Of a stretch of DNA of 20,000 nt, positions 8,064-15,938 are shown one piece after another (within the stretch, counting starts at the first letter, position 1; each line of letters starts with the position of its first letter). The notes beneath the pieces are model-generated. The model saw nothing but the letters and a program-made list of their open reading frames with translations. It was not told the origin of the DNA and did not search any database. Made by a program: the position numbers and the translations under genes. The DNA is from an uncultured virus (IMG/VR IMGVR_UViG_3300037419_003078) (Duplodnaviria > Heunggongvirae > Uroviricota > Caudoviricetes). The stretch lies in IMG/VR virus record IMGVR_UViG_3300037419_003078. The stretch is one strand, 5' to 3'.

Positions 8064-8939
8064 TTATACTGCACGCTCTTGTTCGATACCTTCACGAACA
8101 GGCTTACAGAACTTATTATCAATGTATTCTGCTAGTTCTTGATTTTGAGTATTTAAGTGGAACTCACTATCAAGACCTATAGAGTCGAATAATCTACTAT
8201 GCATATCTTCAATGCTTTCACATTGGTAAAGCGACTTAATGATGAATTGCAATTGCTTTATAGTAGAATTTTTGACTGTTTCAATAATATGATAAGCTAA
8301 CATACCGTACTTAGTAGCCATCTCATGTTCAGTAGTAGCACTAAAGATACGGAACTCAACTGTTGGATAATATTCAACATTGGCATTTAACCATTGATAT
8401 TTACCATTCCAACATTCTTTATTTGTTTGTCGTGAAACATAGCCACATAATTCGCTAATATCATCAAAAGTATCAAAAGGAATATTTTGGTCAATGTAGC
8501 TTTGACGGAAAAGATGTCTCCATGACTTATTAAGTTTTACACAATAACCATTTCGTCTTCTTTCATCATCTTCACTCCAACCATAGTATCTTTCAGGCTC
8601 TACTAGTGAATACATTAATAATTCAATTCCTGCTCCAAAACGTAATAATTTAGCTTTGTCTTCTACTGAAAAGTCACTAGTATCCACATGAATATGTAGA
8701 CCACAAGTTCTATTTACATTTAAATCTAAATCATTCAATGTGTCATAGATTGGCTCTAACTTGTTGAGGTCACTGATAGGGTCAGTTTTTAACTCCATTG
8801 ATTCTCCATAGCCACCATATAAAGAACCATCATAATCTACTTCACAACCATTAATAGATACATCATCTACATCTGTTTCTACAAAACATTCAATTTCAAA
8901 ACCTAATGTACGAGTAATCTTTAACTTTTCGTTTGCCAT
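8064..8939 (-). CDS. Putative amidoligase (COOH-NH2 ligase fold), short type; tandem paralog of 7049..7945
   Basis: LGFEIE, YDGSL, MELKT, CGLHIHVD, TVEFR; shares C-terminal LAYH.IETVK.S...QL.FI...SIGL with its neighbour. Confidence 0.85.
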   Translation of the reverse strand: MANEKLKITRTLGFEIECFVETDVDDVSINGCEVDYDGSLYGGYGESMELKTDPISDLNKLEPIYDTLNDLDLNVNRTCGLHIHVDTSDFSVEDKAKLLRFGAGIELLMYSLVEPERYYGWSEDDERRRNGYCVKLNKSWRHLFRQSYIDQNIPFDTFDDISELCGYVSRQTNKECWNGKYQWLNANVEYYPTVEFRIFSATTEHEMATKYGMLAYHIIETVKNSTIKQLQFIIKSLYQCESIEDMHSRLFDSIGLDSEFHLNTQNQELAEYIDNKFCKPVREGIEQERAV

Positions 8940-8971
8940 CTAGCAACACGCTCCTTAATTGGTATAATTTA

Positions 8972-9000
8972 ATATTAACACATCTGTTTTCATCTGTCAA
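8972..9000 (-). promoter_or_regulatory. Sigma-A-type promoter
   Basis: TTGACA-gatgaaaacagatgtgt(17)-TAATAT. Confidence 0.8.
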
Positions 9001-9055
9001 CTACTTTTTTAAATTTGTTTTAAAAAGTTGTTATTGCCCTATTGCTCTTACTATT

Positions 9056-9084
9056 ATATTACCACCTCCTTAAAATTATGTCAA
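9056..9084 (-). promoter_or_regulatory. Second, tandem sigma-A-type promoter
   Basis: TTGACA-taattttaaggaggtgg(17)-TAATAT; spacer differs from the promoter family. Confidence 0.6.
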
Positions 9085-9092
9085 GTATTTTT

Positions 9093-9176
9093 TTAAAAGA
9101 AAGTGTACCATATAGCAAATGCTAGAAAAGAATATATTACAATTAAACTAATTAGTTCAATCTTTTCTGATTTCAT
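9093..9176 (-). CDS. 27-aa single-pass membrane peptide, not in ORF track
   Basis: MKSEKIELISLIVIYSFLAFAIWYTFF; RBS AAGGAG. Confidence 0.55.
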   Translation of the reverse strand: MKSEKIELISLIVIYSFLAFAIWYTFF

Positions 9177-9207
9177 GATACCATCTCCTTATAATTTAAC
9201 TATTTTA

Positions 9208-9339
9208 TCAATCATTTGTATAGTATTCATTTAAATCATCTGAAACTTGTGCCAACAATCTTTGTAGTGAATATATTTCTGATTCTTTTAACGTACCATC
9301 ATTATATTTTTCTAGCATTTCAATTAACTCTTTAATCAT
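9208..9339 (-). CDS. Small hypothetical protein (43 aa), not in ORF track
   Basis: MIKELIEMLEKYNDGTLKESEIYSLQRLLAQVSDDLNEYYTND; RBS AAGGAG. Confidence 0.65.
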   Translation of the reverse strand: MIKELIEMLEKYNDGTLKESEIYSLQRLLAQVSDDLNEYYTND

Positions 9340-9365
9340 TCTATCATCTCCTTATAATCTAATAT

Positions 9366-9545
9366 TCAATCATTACTTGGTAAGTAAGCGTATGAACTAC
9401 TGTGTGCAACTTGTTCACCGTCAATATTCACATATACATGAGTATCTACAGAATTATCACCATAATCATAATCTGATACAATCTCGATAGCTATTTCACC
9501 TTTTTCAAACATCTCTTTTAATATAGCTTTTAATTCTTCTTTCAT
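9366..9545 (-). CDS. Small hypothetical protein (59 aa), not in ORF track
   Basis: MKEELKAILKEMFEKGEIAIEIVSDYDYGDNSVDTHVYVNIDGEQVAHSSSYAYLPSND; RBS AAGGAGGAG. Confidence 0.7.
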   Translation of the reverse strand: MKEELKAILKEMFEKGEIAIEIVSDYDYGDNSVDTHVYVNIDGEQVAHSSSYAYLPSND

Positions 9546-9599
9546 ATTATCTCCTCCTTACAATCTAATATTATATTTAAAATTCCCTAGAGGAAGGAA

Positions 9600-10286
9600 T
9601 TAATCCCTCACTCCTATTCTGTCAGTTAATTTAGATAGTTTTCTTAATTCCTCGTTTAAGTCTCCTATAATAACATGAACTACATTATGAAAGGTATTGC
9701 TTAGAATAGCATAGTTATTAGTGTTAGTTTTATATCCTAAGTCTATAATAGTACATTCTTCATTGTCAAAATAAATTGTATCACCTACTTTAAACTCTAC
9801 ACATACATCTATAATCTTATTATGAAGGGCTTCACTAAAACGTTCATAGTCATAGTCTTTTATTATATCTTGTGGCTCTTGACTCACTCTTAAATTAATA
9901 TAGTCGATTAAGCCTTTAACTCTTTCTTCTAATGTCCAAGTCTCACTAGAATTATATCCTAAGTCAAAGCAATATTCAACTTCATCTGTCACTAAATCAT
10001 ATAGTAAAGCTAGTTTTAACTTATCAACTTCACTTAGAGTCTTTTTTTCGACTGTATCTTCCACACTAGCCACCTCACTTATAGTTGAATTTTCGACTTT
10101 ATCTTCTTCTACTTTAGGGGTAAAAGAATCATCAATAAAGAATACATAATTATCTGTTCCAAGTTCTCTTTGTGAAACTACATATAGGTTAACTCCTTCT
10201 TTAACAGGGTGAGGTACTTTAGACATTACCTCGTACTCCCAATTTTTTCTGCTCCAAGTATCACCAATAAATTTTTCTTGTCTCAT
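9600..10286 (-). CDS. Multi-module hypothetical protein with internal 15-aa repeat
   Basis: 228 aa; EDKVENSTISEVASV / EDTVEKKTLSEVDKL is encoded by two dyad sites 45 bp apart. Confidence 0.75.
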   Translation of the reverse strand: MRQEKFIGDTWSRKNWEYEVMSKVPHPVKEGVNLYVVSQRELGTDNYVFFIDDSFTPKVEEDKVENSTISEVASVEDTVEKKTLSEVDKLKLALLYDLVTDEVEYCFDLGYNSSETWTLEERVKGLIDYINLRVSQEPQDIIKDYDYERFSEALHNKIIDVCVEFKVGDTIYFDNEECTIIDLGYKTNTNNYAILSNTFHNVVHVIIGDLNEELRKLSKLTDRIGVRD

Positions 10287-10323
10287 GATATCATCAACCC
10301 TTCCTATAGTCTAATATTTTATT

Positions 10324-10458
10324 TTAACAACAACCTTTTCCTTCTTTACAGATGTATTTCTTTTCAATAGTATCATTACCTTCACCATCTGAATACAGTG
10401 TCATTAGTTCTAATTCTTTTGCTTTCTTGTTTTCACAAATCATGCACTCTTTTTTCAT
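10324..10458 (-). CDS. Small Cys-containing protein (44 aa), not in ORF track
   Basis: MKKECMICENKKAKELELMTLYSDGEGNDTIEKKYICKEGKGCC; RBS AGGAGTGA. Confidence 0.65.
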   Translation of the reverse strand: MKKECMICENKKAKELELMTLYSDGEGNDTIEKKYICKEGKGCC

Positions 10459-10468
10459 ACTATCACTC

Positions 10469-10651
10469 CTATTCATGTATAGTTATTTGTACTTTACCTT
10501 CAATGAAGGGACTAGGATAAACAGTATAGTCTATTTTTAGACCATTAAGAACTCCTTTAACAAGTTCGATAAGTTCAGTATCCTCATTATTAATTGAGAC
10601 TCCATTGTATTTGTCTAACTTTGTTAATGTCCACGCTAATTCTGATAACAT
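10469..10651 (-). CDS. Small hypothetical protein (60 aa)
   Basis: Start moved to ATG 10651 after AGGAGGGTGA; the track's TTG at 10708 is the -35 box. Confidence 0.7.
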   Translation of the reverse strand: MLSELAWTLTKLDKYNGVSINNEDTELIELVKGVLNGLKIDYTVYPSPFIEGKVQITIHE

Positions 10652-10679
10652 AACTATCACCCTCCTATATTGTACCTTA

Positions 10680-10708
10680 ATATTAACATATAATTCATCA
10701 ACTGTCAA
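10680..10708 (-). promoter_or_regulatory. Sigma-A-type promoter
   Basis: TTGACA-gttgatgaattatatgt(17)-TAATAT. Confidence 0.8.
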
Positions 10709-10739
10709 TATAAATCTTAAAATTAATTTAAAATCCCTT

Positions 10740-10764
10740 AGAGTAGAATGTTAGACTCTACTCT
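10740..10764. other. Intergenic hairpin
   Basis: AGAGTAGA-atgttagac-TCTACTCT; related to hairpin 11757-11780. Confidence 0.5.
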
Positions 10765-10773
10765 TATAATTTA

Positions 10774-10935
10774 TTATTCTATTGTAATAGCGTTACGCTC
10801 TAAGAACTCTATAGTATTTTTAACTTTATTGTCATACTTTTCATATTCATCAGTCCAGTCGTGGAAACCATCTCTTGTATGAATCAACTTCATTAATTCC
10901 TTAACTTGCTCTAACTTAACATATTTATGTTCCAT
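10774..10935 (-). CDS. Small hypothetical protein (53 aa), not in ORF track
   Basis: MEHKYVKLEQVKELMKLIHTRDGFHDWTDEYEKYDNKVKNTIEFLERNAITIE; RBS AAGGAG. Confidence 0.7.
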   Translation of the reverse strand: MEHKYVKLEQVKELMKLIHTRDGFHDWTDEYEKYDNKVKNTIEFLERNAITIE

Positions 10936-10948
10936 AATCAACAACTCC

Positions 10949-11185
10949 TTAGTATCTTTTAATTTTAAACCATCTTATAAATGTAGAATAACCACATGAG
11001 CAGTATAATTTTATACCGTCTTCAAATTCACTCCAATGTGTAAACCTTTGCCCACAATCACAAGTTCCATTTTTAATTATTTTCTTTTCTTCAAATATAC
11101 TCTTAGCTATTAAAATCAAATAATATACTATAAAGCATAACCCAACAGCACTTAATATAATTGTCAATATAGTATCTGCGTTCAT
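10949..11185 (-). CDS. Membrane-anchored zinc-ribbon protein
   Basis: N-terminal hydrophobic helix (ILTIILSAVGLCFIVYYLILIA) plus CDCG...CSCG; ATG 11185. Confidence 0.7.
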   Translation of the reverse strand: MNADTILTIILSAVGLCFIVYYLILIAKSIFEEKKIIKNGTCDCGQRFTHWSEFEDGIKLYCSCGYSTFIRWFKIKRY

Positions 11186-11197
11186 ATAAATCACTCC

Positions 11198-11419
11198 TTA
11201 TGGTCTAATTTTAGACACTACTTCTGCTACTATACTAAGTAAGTCATAGCCACTATATCCTCCTGCACTCCAATGGTATAATATTCTACCGTTAGTATCG
11301 ACTATTGCCCACATATCACACCATTCAACCATATCAAAGTAGATATATAACTTTAAGCCTTTTTCTTCATCTTTAAGAAACCAATCTTTTGTATGTTCAT
11401 CAATATACTTTTTATCCAT
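11198..11419 (-). CDS. Hypothetical protein
   Basis: RBS AAGGAG; ATG 11419. Confidence 0.7.
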   Translation of the reverse strand: MDKKYIDEHTKDWFLKDEEKGLKLYIYFDMVEWCDMWAIVDTNGRILYHWSAGGYSGYDLLSIVAEVVSKIRP

Positions 11420-11431
11420 ATGAATCACTCC

Positions 11432-11629
11432 TTACAGTCTATTTTTCAATTCTTGGAACACATCTAAGTAATTATTCATTTCTTCTAATTTTTCTTCTAA
11501 GTATATTGTATCTCTACCTTCAATTTGTGCTACTTCTATTCTGTCAATGATTGTATCACGCTTATAATTTGCCTGTATCCATGCCCAACCTAATGCTTTT
11601 TTCTTATTGTCTGTTTTTAATCTCACCAT
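11432..11629 (-). CDS. Hypothetical protein
   Basis: RBS AAGGAG; ATG 11629. Confidence 0.7.
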   Translation of the reverse strand: MVRLKTDNKKKALGWAWIQANYKRDTIIDRIEVAQIEGRDTIYLEEKLEEMNNYLDVFQELKNRL

Positions 11630-11777
11630 TTTCAACAACTCCTTATAGTTTAATTTTATAGTGCAATATTGTTTATTATTAATAGTTTGAATAGCACAAT
11701 CAATATTATTATTATGAATATTCTCGATAAGTCGTATCTCATAGCTAGGGGCAAGGTAAGAGTAGAATAATCTACCC

Positions 11778-12464
11778 TTACTTTTTACCTTTCTTGCCTA
11801 GTCTATAAGACTTTGCTAATGCTCTATCATCAAAGTTACCAGTAGGAATATGAGTGTGTTTTACTAAGTCTCTAGCAAACATTCTTTGATTAGCATAATA
11901 CATATTAGCTTGAATTATTTCACCAGTAGGTGTCTTAACGTCTACTATTATACGATTATACATATTATCTCTTTCATCTCGTCTTGAATCATAGCCTTCA
12001 ATGTAGTCATACTGTGCAACTGTAGACCTAGGAACTTTAAATAGTGTACCATAAACAACATCATTTTCATTACCAGTCATTCTAGTTATAGGGAACGAAT
12101 TATTGTATAAGTGCATTACTTGACCACTTACAGTCGCATTTTCGATTATATCTACTCCACGCTCACGCTTAATATTGTAAGGATATTTTAATATACCATA
12201 AGTAAACATTGTCACTAGTTCTTTTTCGTCTTCTTCTACTCCACTACCAAAGACTAATTCACATAGATAGTTAGCTTTTTCTTCTCCATAGTATTCACTA
12301 GCCCACTCATAGAAGTATTCTTTCCCTTCATTAGCAACCTCGGTAAATGTATCTTTAAAGCAATCATCACAAACATTTAATGTGTCAATCATATAAAAGT
12401 CTAAAATCTCTCCTGTAGCCATGTTATCGCAACTTATACATTGATTTTCAATTTTGTTTTTCAT
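11778..12464 (-). CDS. Gamma-glutamylcyclotransferase (GGCT/AIG2-like) with N-terminal CxxC..CxxC domain
   Basis: MFTYGILK, VYGTLFKV, YDYIEGY (catalytic Glu position), YNR.IVDV, ANMY motifs; N-terminal CISC/CDDC. Confidence 0.85.
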   Translation of the reverse strand: MKNKIENQCISCDNMATGEILDFYMIDTLNVCDDCFKDTFTEVANEGKEYFYEWASEYYGEEKANYLCELVFGSGVEEDEKELVTMFTYGILKYPYNIKRERGVDIIENATVSGQVMHLYNNSFPITRMTGNENDVVYGTLFKVPRSTVAQYDYIEGYDSRRDERDNMYNRIIVDVKTPTGEIIQANMYYANQRMFARDLVKHTHIPTGNFDDRALAKSYRLGKKGKK

Positions 12465-12504
12465 AATATCAATCTCCTCTTATAATATATTTTTAGATTA
12501 TAGG

Positions 12505-12520
12505 GAAGGGCGAACCCTTC
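12505..12520 (-). terminator. UUCG-loop hairpin (weak terminator or stabiliser)
   Basis: Minus strand GAAGGG-TTCG-CCCTTC; no U-tract. Confidence 0.45.
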
Positions 12521-12523
12521 ACC

Positions 12524-12913
12524 TTAACCAACTTCACTTAAATTGATTGTCTCTTTAAAGTTAGCTTTATTGCTAGTGTGCATTACACCTTTATCTAATA
12601 CCGTTATTAACACTACAGTCCAATTTTCAACTGTAAAGACTGTGCTACAATCTTTATCTTTGTTACTCACAATAATGTGTTTGTTATTGTTGTTAAACTG
12701 TACTAAATCTTCACCTAATCCAATAATAGTACCTAAGACACTGTATTTATCAATGTCTCTTTCTTGTAACATATCTAATGAATGACTACTACCAATTACA
12801 TTAAACACCTTATTGTCAATAGCAAAAGTGCCAATATAATTATCTCTCATTTCAAACCGTCTAATATAATTGCCCAACTTCACCTCAATACTCTTATACG
12901 TTCTTTCTTCCAT
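12524..12913 (-). CDS. Hypothetical protein
   Basis: RBS AAGGAG; ATG 12913; has its own promoter. Confidence 0.75.
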   Translation of the reverse strand: MEERTYKSIEVKLGNYIRRFEMRDNYIGTFAIDNKVFNVIGSSHSLDMLQERDIDKYSVLGTIIGLGEDLVQFNNNNKHIIVSNKDKDCSTVFTVENWTVVLITVLDKGVMHTSNKANFKETINLSEVG

Positions 12914-12942
12914 GACTATCATCTCCTTGTTTTAATATAGTA

Positions 12943-12972
12943 AGTATATAACAATCTACTATCATCTGTCAA
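12943..12972 (-). promoter_or_regulatory. Sigma-A-type promoter (18-bp spacer)
   Basis: TTGACA-gatgatagtagattgtta-TATACT. Confidence 0.7.
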
Positions 12973-13006
12973 CTTAAAAGTTATGGTATAATTTTAGATT
13001 GTATGA

Positions 13007-13029
13007 GTAGGGCGTACTCGCCACCCTAC
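13007..13029 (-). other. GC-rich hairpin after amidoligase gene
   Basis: Plus strand GTAGGG-cgtactcgcca-CCCTAC, bracketed by dyad sites 12981 and 13031. Confidence 0.5.
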
Positions 13030-13043
13030 CTAACAGTCTAATA

Positions 13044-14246
13044 TTATATTGCTTCACTAATACTGCTAGTTGTTCTTAGAGAATTAACTATATTATTTCT
13101 TGCAATTCTATAAGTGTATTGGTTACATGGTCTAAAATTATACTCTAAACCTAGTAGTTCTTCCATTCTTTCTAGTAAAGTTGTTAAATTATCTACTGCA
13201 TAGAAGTCTTTTCCTATAACAATTAATTGCTCGAATGTAGTGTACTTAGCAAAGTTAACTAGCTTAGTACAAAAGTCAATCCATTGTTTTGCTTGGTCTC
13301 TATCTTCTGCTCCTTCAAAATATCTAAACTCAATAGTCTTACGGAAAAACCAAGAATGTAGATTTAGACCAAAATATCTTTGTTGTTCGTATTTAGAAAA
13401 GCCATCATTTAAATTTCTAGTAAAGCCATAATATTGATTAGCAATTTCTTGAAGTGTAATTTCTTCACCTCTTTCAATCAAATATTCTACCATATCTGCT
13501 TTAACCCTTCTGCAATAAGAACCATCTAGTCTATTTTTATCCATACTACCATAAATCATAGGCTCTAAGATGTTAACTAAGATAGCTAGTTTCGACAAGT
13601 CTTTTGGCTCTAATTCATGACCACCAATATGAACATGAGTTCCACAAGAATCATCTACATTCCAACCTCTATTTCCGATATAGTCAAATATTCTATCAAT
13701 ATAATCGTATTCACCTTCTACAATAATATTGCTCACACATTCAACTCCATATTTATCACCATCACCATGAGAACCTTCACCTTCACACTCACAACATTCT
13801 TCTGTAATTTCACCATGACCATTACAATCGTCACAATCTACTTGACCACGACAACAATCGTCACAATCATCATAACCTTCTTCACAATGTTCACAATGTA
13901 CAATTCCTGTTCCATCACATTCACCACATTCTATACTTTCACCATCTTCATCTATTACACCATGACCATCACAATCTTTACATTCTAGTTCATAGTTTCC
14001 ATCACATTCACAACAAGTAGTGTAGCCTTCACCACTACAATTATCACAATCTATATTCCCACTACCTCTACAAGTAGAACATTCACCAACAAATTCACCA
14101 CTACCATTACAATATTCACATTCTTCATTTTCATCTTCTAATGAACCATCATCAATTAGATTCCAACCTTGCACATAATTACCACGAATATTTTCATCTA
14201 CATAACCCTCTAACTCGATACCATACGTTAATTTTTTCTCACACAT
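13044..14246 (-). CDS. Putative amidoligase with a 10x CxxC(xGxG) DnaJ-type zinc-finger insertion
   Basis: YGIELE, DDGSL, [insertion], GVECVS, CGTHVHIG, RYFGLN, TIEFR; start moved to ATG 14246 (MCEKKL) after AAAGGAG. Confidence 0.85.
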   Translation of the reverse strand: MCEKKLTYGIELEGYVDENIRGNYVQGWNLIDDGSLEDENEECEYCNGSGEFVGECSTCRGSGNIDCDNCSGEGYTTCCECDGNYELECKDCDGHGVIDEDGESIECGECDGTGIVHCEHCEEGYDDCDDCCRGQVDCDDCNGHGEITEECCECEGEGSHGDGDKYGVECVSNIIVEGEYDYIDRIFDYIGNRGWNVDDSCGTHVHIGGHELEPKDLSKLAILVNILEPMIYGSMDKNRLDGSYCRRVKADMVEYLIERGEEITLQEIANQYYGFTRNLNDGFSKYEQQRYFGLNLHSWFFRKTIEFRYFEGAEDRDQAKQWIDFCTKLVNFAKYTTFEQLIVIGKDFYAVDNLTTLLERMEELLGLEYNFRPCNQYTYRIARNNIVNSLRTTSSISEAI

Positions 14247-14278
14247 TCTGCCCAACTCCTTTATAAGTTTATAATTCA

Positions 14279-14307
14279 ATAATACACTATCAGTTATCAA
14301 CTGTCAA
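14279..14307 (-). promoter_or_regulatory. Sigma-A-type promoter
   Basis: TTGACA-gttgataactgatagtg(17)-TATTAT. Confidence 0.8.
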
Positions 14308-14345
14308 CATAAATTTAAAAATAATTATAATTTAATATTTTATTG

Positions 14346-14525
14346 TTAAGAATAGAATTTCTTAACTATAATTTTACCTCTTATTTCTCCAACTAATTCC
14401 CAACCATTTTTACCAATGATATTTAACATTTCTACGAACCCATCATGATAGCCTGTTCCTTGAAAAGTATAAACATTTACATCACCGTATCCTTGACGAA
14501 TATCTATTTCTTCATATTTAAACAT
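14346..14525 (-). CDS. Small hypothetical protein
   Basis: RBS AAGGAG; contains LNIIGKNGWELV (LN..G..GWELV pattern common in small phage proteins). Confidence 0.7.
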   Translation of the reverse strand: MFKYEEIDIRQGYGDVNVYTFQGTGYHDGFVEMLNIIGKNGWELVGEIRGKIIVKKFYS

Positions 14526-14550
14526 GAACATCTCTCCTTATAATTTAATT

Positions 14551-14697
14551 TTAGACTATAATTTCTTCAACCTCAACTCTATCTGCATACGTTGTTCGCC
14601 TAATTTCTGTACGTTGTTCAATGGTAGGATTAAAACTAACTTGAACACCGAATACACGACTACTACCATAAATTAGTATAATATTATACCTTATCAT
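14551..14697 (-). CDS. Small hypothetical protein (48 aa), not in ORF track
   Basis: MIRYNIILIYGSSRVFGVQVSFNPTIEQRTEIRRTTYADRVEVEEIIV; RBS GAGGT; ATGA overlap with the upstream gene; weak resemblance to 2326..2466. Confidence 0.6.
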   Translation of the reverse strand: MIRYNIILIYGSSRVFGVQVSFNPTIEQRTEIRRTTYADRVEVEEIIV

Positions 14698-14843
14698 GAT
14701 TCAACCTCTGTCTTTCTGATTAGTTGCCAACTTGTATAAAGAACAACTAAACTACCCAATATACTAGTAGCACTAAAATAATCACTAGCAACTATTTTTA
14801 ATTCACTATTTGTTCTTTTATTCTTAAAAATATATTCTGTCAT
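14694..14843 (-). CDS. Small hypothetical protein (49 aa), not in ORF track
   Basis: MTEYIFKNKRTNSELKIVASDYFSATSILGSLVVLYTSWQLIRKTEVES; RBS AAGGAGTGG. Confidence 0.65.
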   Translation of the reverse strand: MTEYIFKNKRTNSELKIVASDYFSATSILGSLVVLYTSWQLIRKTEVES

Positions 14844-14919
14844 AATATCCACTCCTTAATATAGTATATTATTTGATTAAGTCGCCTAGAACTATTTTAT
14901 CCTAAGCGACTATAATATA

Positions 14920-15333
14920 TTAATAGACTTCTAAGTTATTAGTCCACTTGATAAAGTTAGAACGTAACAACTCATTAACTTTTTCCTCAATTTCCATAAC
15001 ACTTCTTCTACCTAAGTTTCTAACTCTAATTATAGCGTTATAGTCTAATTTTAGAATATCTTCTATCTTATTAATTCCCCCACGCTTTAAACAATTGAAT
15101 GAACGAACTGATAAATCTAAGTATTCTATCTCAATTTCCCCAAAATTTTCTATGTGTTCGTTAAGTTCTTTATTAACAGGAACTTCAACATAAACAGTAT
15201 TCTCAATGACTTGTTGTTCTTGTTGATTATGCTTAGATACATAGTCTAATAAGAAACTATAAGCCTTTTCATCAGTATCAAAATGTATAGACATATCATT
15301 AACAGTAACAATATTACCACTAATCTGTATCAT
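14920..15333 (-). CDS. RNA polymerase alpha-subunit C-terminal-domain (alpha-CTD) homologue with unrelated N-terminal domain
   Basis: IEYLDLSVRSFNCLKRGGINKIEDIL...VRNLGRRSVMEI closely matches Bacillus RpoA [25 protein letters not shown]...VRNLGRKSLEEV; no alpha-NTD. Confidence 0.9.
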   Translation of the reverse strand: MIQISGNIVTVNDMSIHFDTDEKAYSFLLDYVSKHNQQEQQVIENTVYVEVPVNKELNEHIENFGEIEIEYLDLSVRSFNCLKRGGINKIEDILKLDYNAIIRVRNLGRRSVMEIEEKVNELLRSNFIKWTNNLEVY

Positions 15334-15746
15334 GCTATTTCTTCCTCCTTAGATTTTAATAATAGACTATAAACATCTTCACGAGTAACATTGAAATTAT
15401 CATAATAATCTTCTTCATATCTGCTTTCAGAATTGCTAAAATACTTATCACATTTATCTCTTAACTTATCATGATTTACTTTCTTAACTATAGGTAGATT
15501 AGCTTGAAGTTTCATTAAATCTCCTATTTCATGCTTTACAAGTCTTCTAGTCTGACATATTTCTTGAATCTTTTTAGCATAATTATAACCTTCACTAGCA
15601 CTAAAATTATCTATTTCAATAGCATGGTAAGTACTAGATAATTCTTTATCTAACATAGATTGCATTTCTTGAAGGCTTTTTAACTGTGTTTCAATTAATT
15701 CAAAGTTAACCATTAAATCCCTGTAAATATCTTTAGCTAATTTCAT
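15330..15746 (-). CDS. Coiled-coil hypothetical phage protein
   Basis: 138 aa, heptad-rich; RBS AAGGGGAG; ATGA-coupled to the alpha-CTD gene. Confidence 0.75.
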   Translation of the reverse strand: MKLAKDIYRDLMVNFELIETQLKSLQEMQSMLDKELSSTYHAIEIDNFSASEGYNYAKKIQEICQTRRLVKHEIGDLMKLQANLPIVKKVNHDKLRDKCDKYFSNSESRYEEDYYDNFNVTREDVYSLLLKSKEEEIA

Positions 15747-15842
15747 TCCCCTGTTCTCCCCTTATAATATATTATTCGACTATTGAATAGTCGCAAGTAC
15801 CTAGGATATAATTTTATACCCTAAGCACTAACCATTATTCAA

Positions 15843-15908
15843 TCAATCTTCTAAACGTTCTACTTCTTCACCGAATAACATTAAAGCAAATTCAACTAAG
15901 ATAGACAT
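15843..15908 (-). CDS. Possible 21-aa peptide
   Basis: MSILVEFALMLFGEEVERLED directly after promoter 15939-15967; RBS GAGAGGTG is somewhat distant. Confidence 0.35.
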   Translation of the reverse strand: MSILVEFALMLFGEEVERLED

Positions 15909-15938
15909 TAACAACCTTGTTCACCTCTCAATAACAAC

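Noticed and set aside
11667..11756. AT-rich intergenic gap as possible ncRNA or origin
   Set aside because: No convincing stable structure, iterons, promoter or RBS-led ORF could be identified by eye.
727..13988. Plus-strand ORFs in the track (727, 3681, 4475, 10352, 12543, 13240, 13617)
   Set aside because: All are antisense shadows of well-supported minus-strand genes, lack RBSs and have skewed S/I/T/F composition; 13617..13988 merely mirrors the Cys/Asp/Glu repeat.
13044..14246. dnaJ chaperone call
   Set aside because: CxxCxGxG repeats are present but there is no J-domain/HPD motif, and the flanks are an amidoligase.
14920..15333. Genuine rpoA gene
   Set aside because: Only 137 aa, lacks the alpha-NTD, and is not in a ribosomal protein operon.
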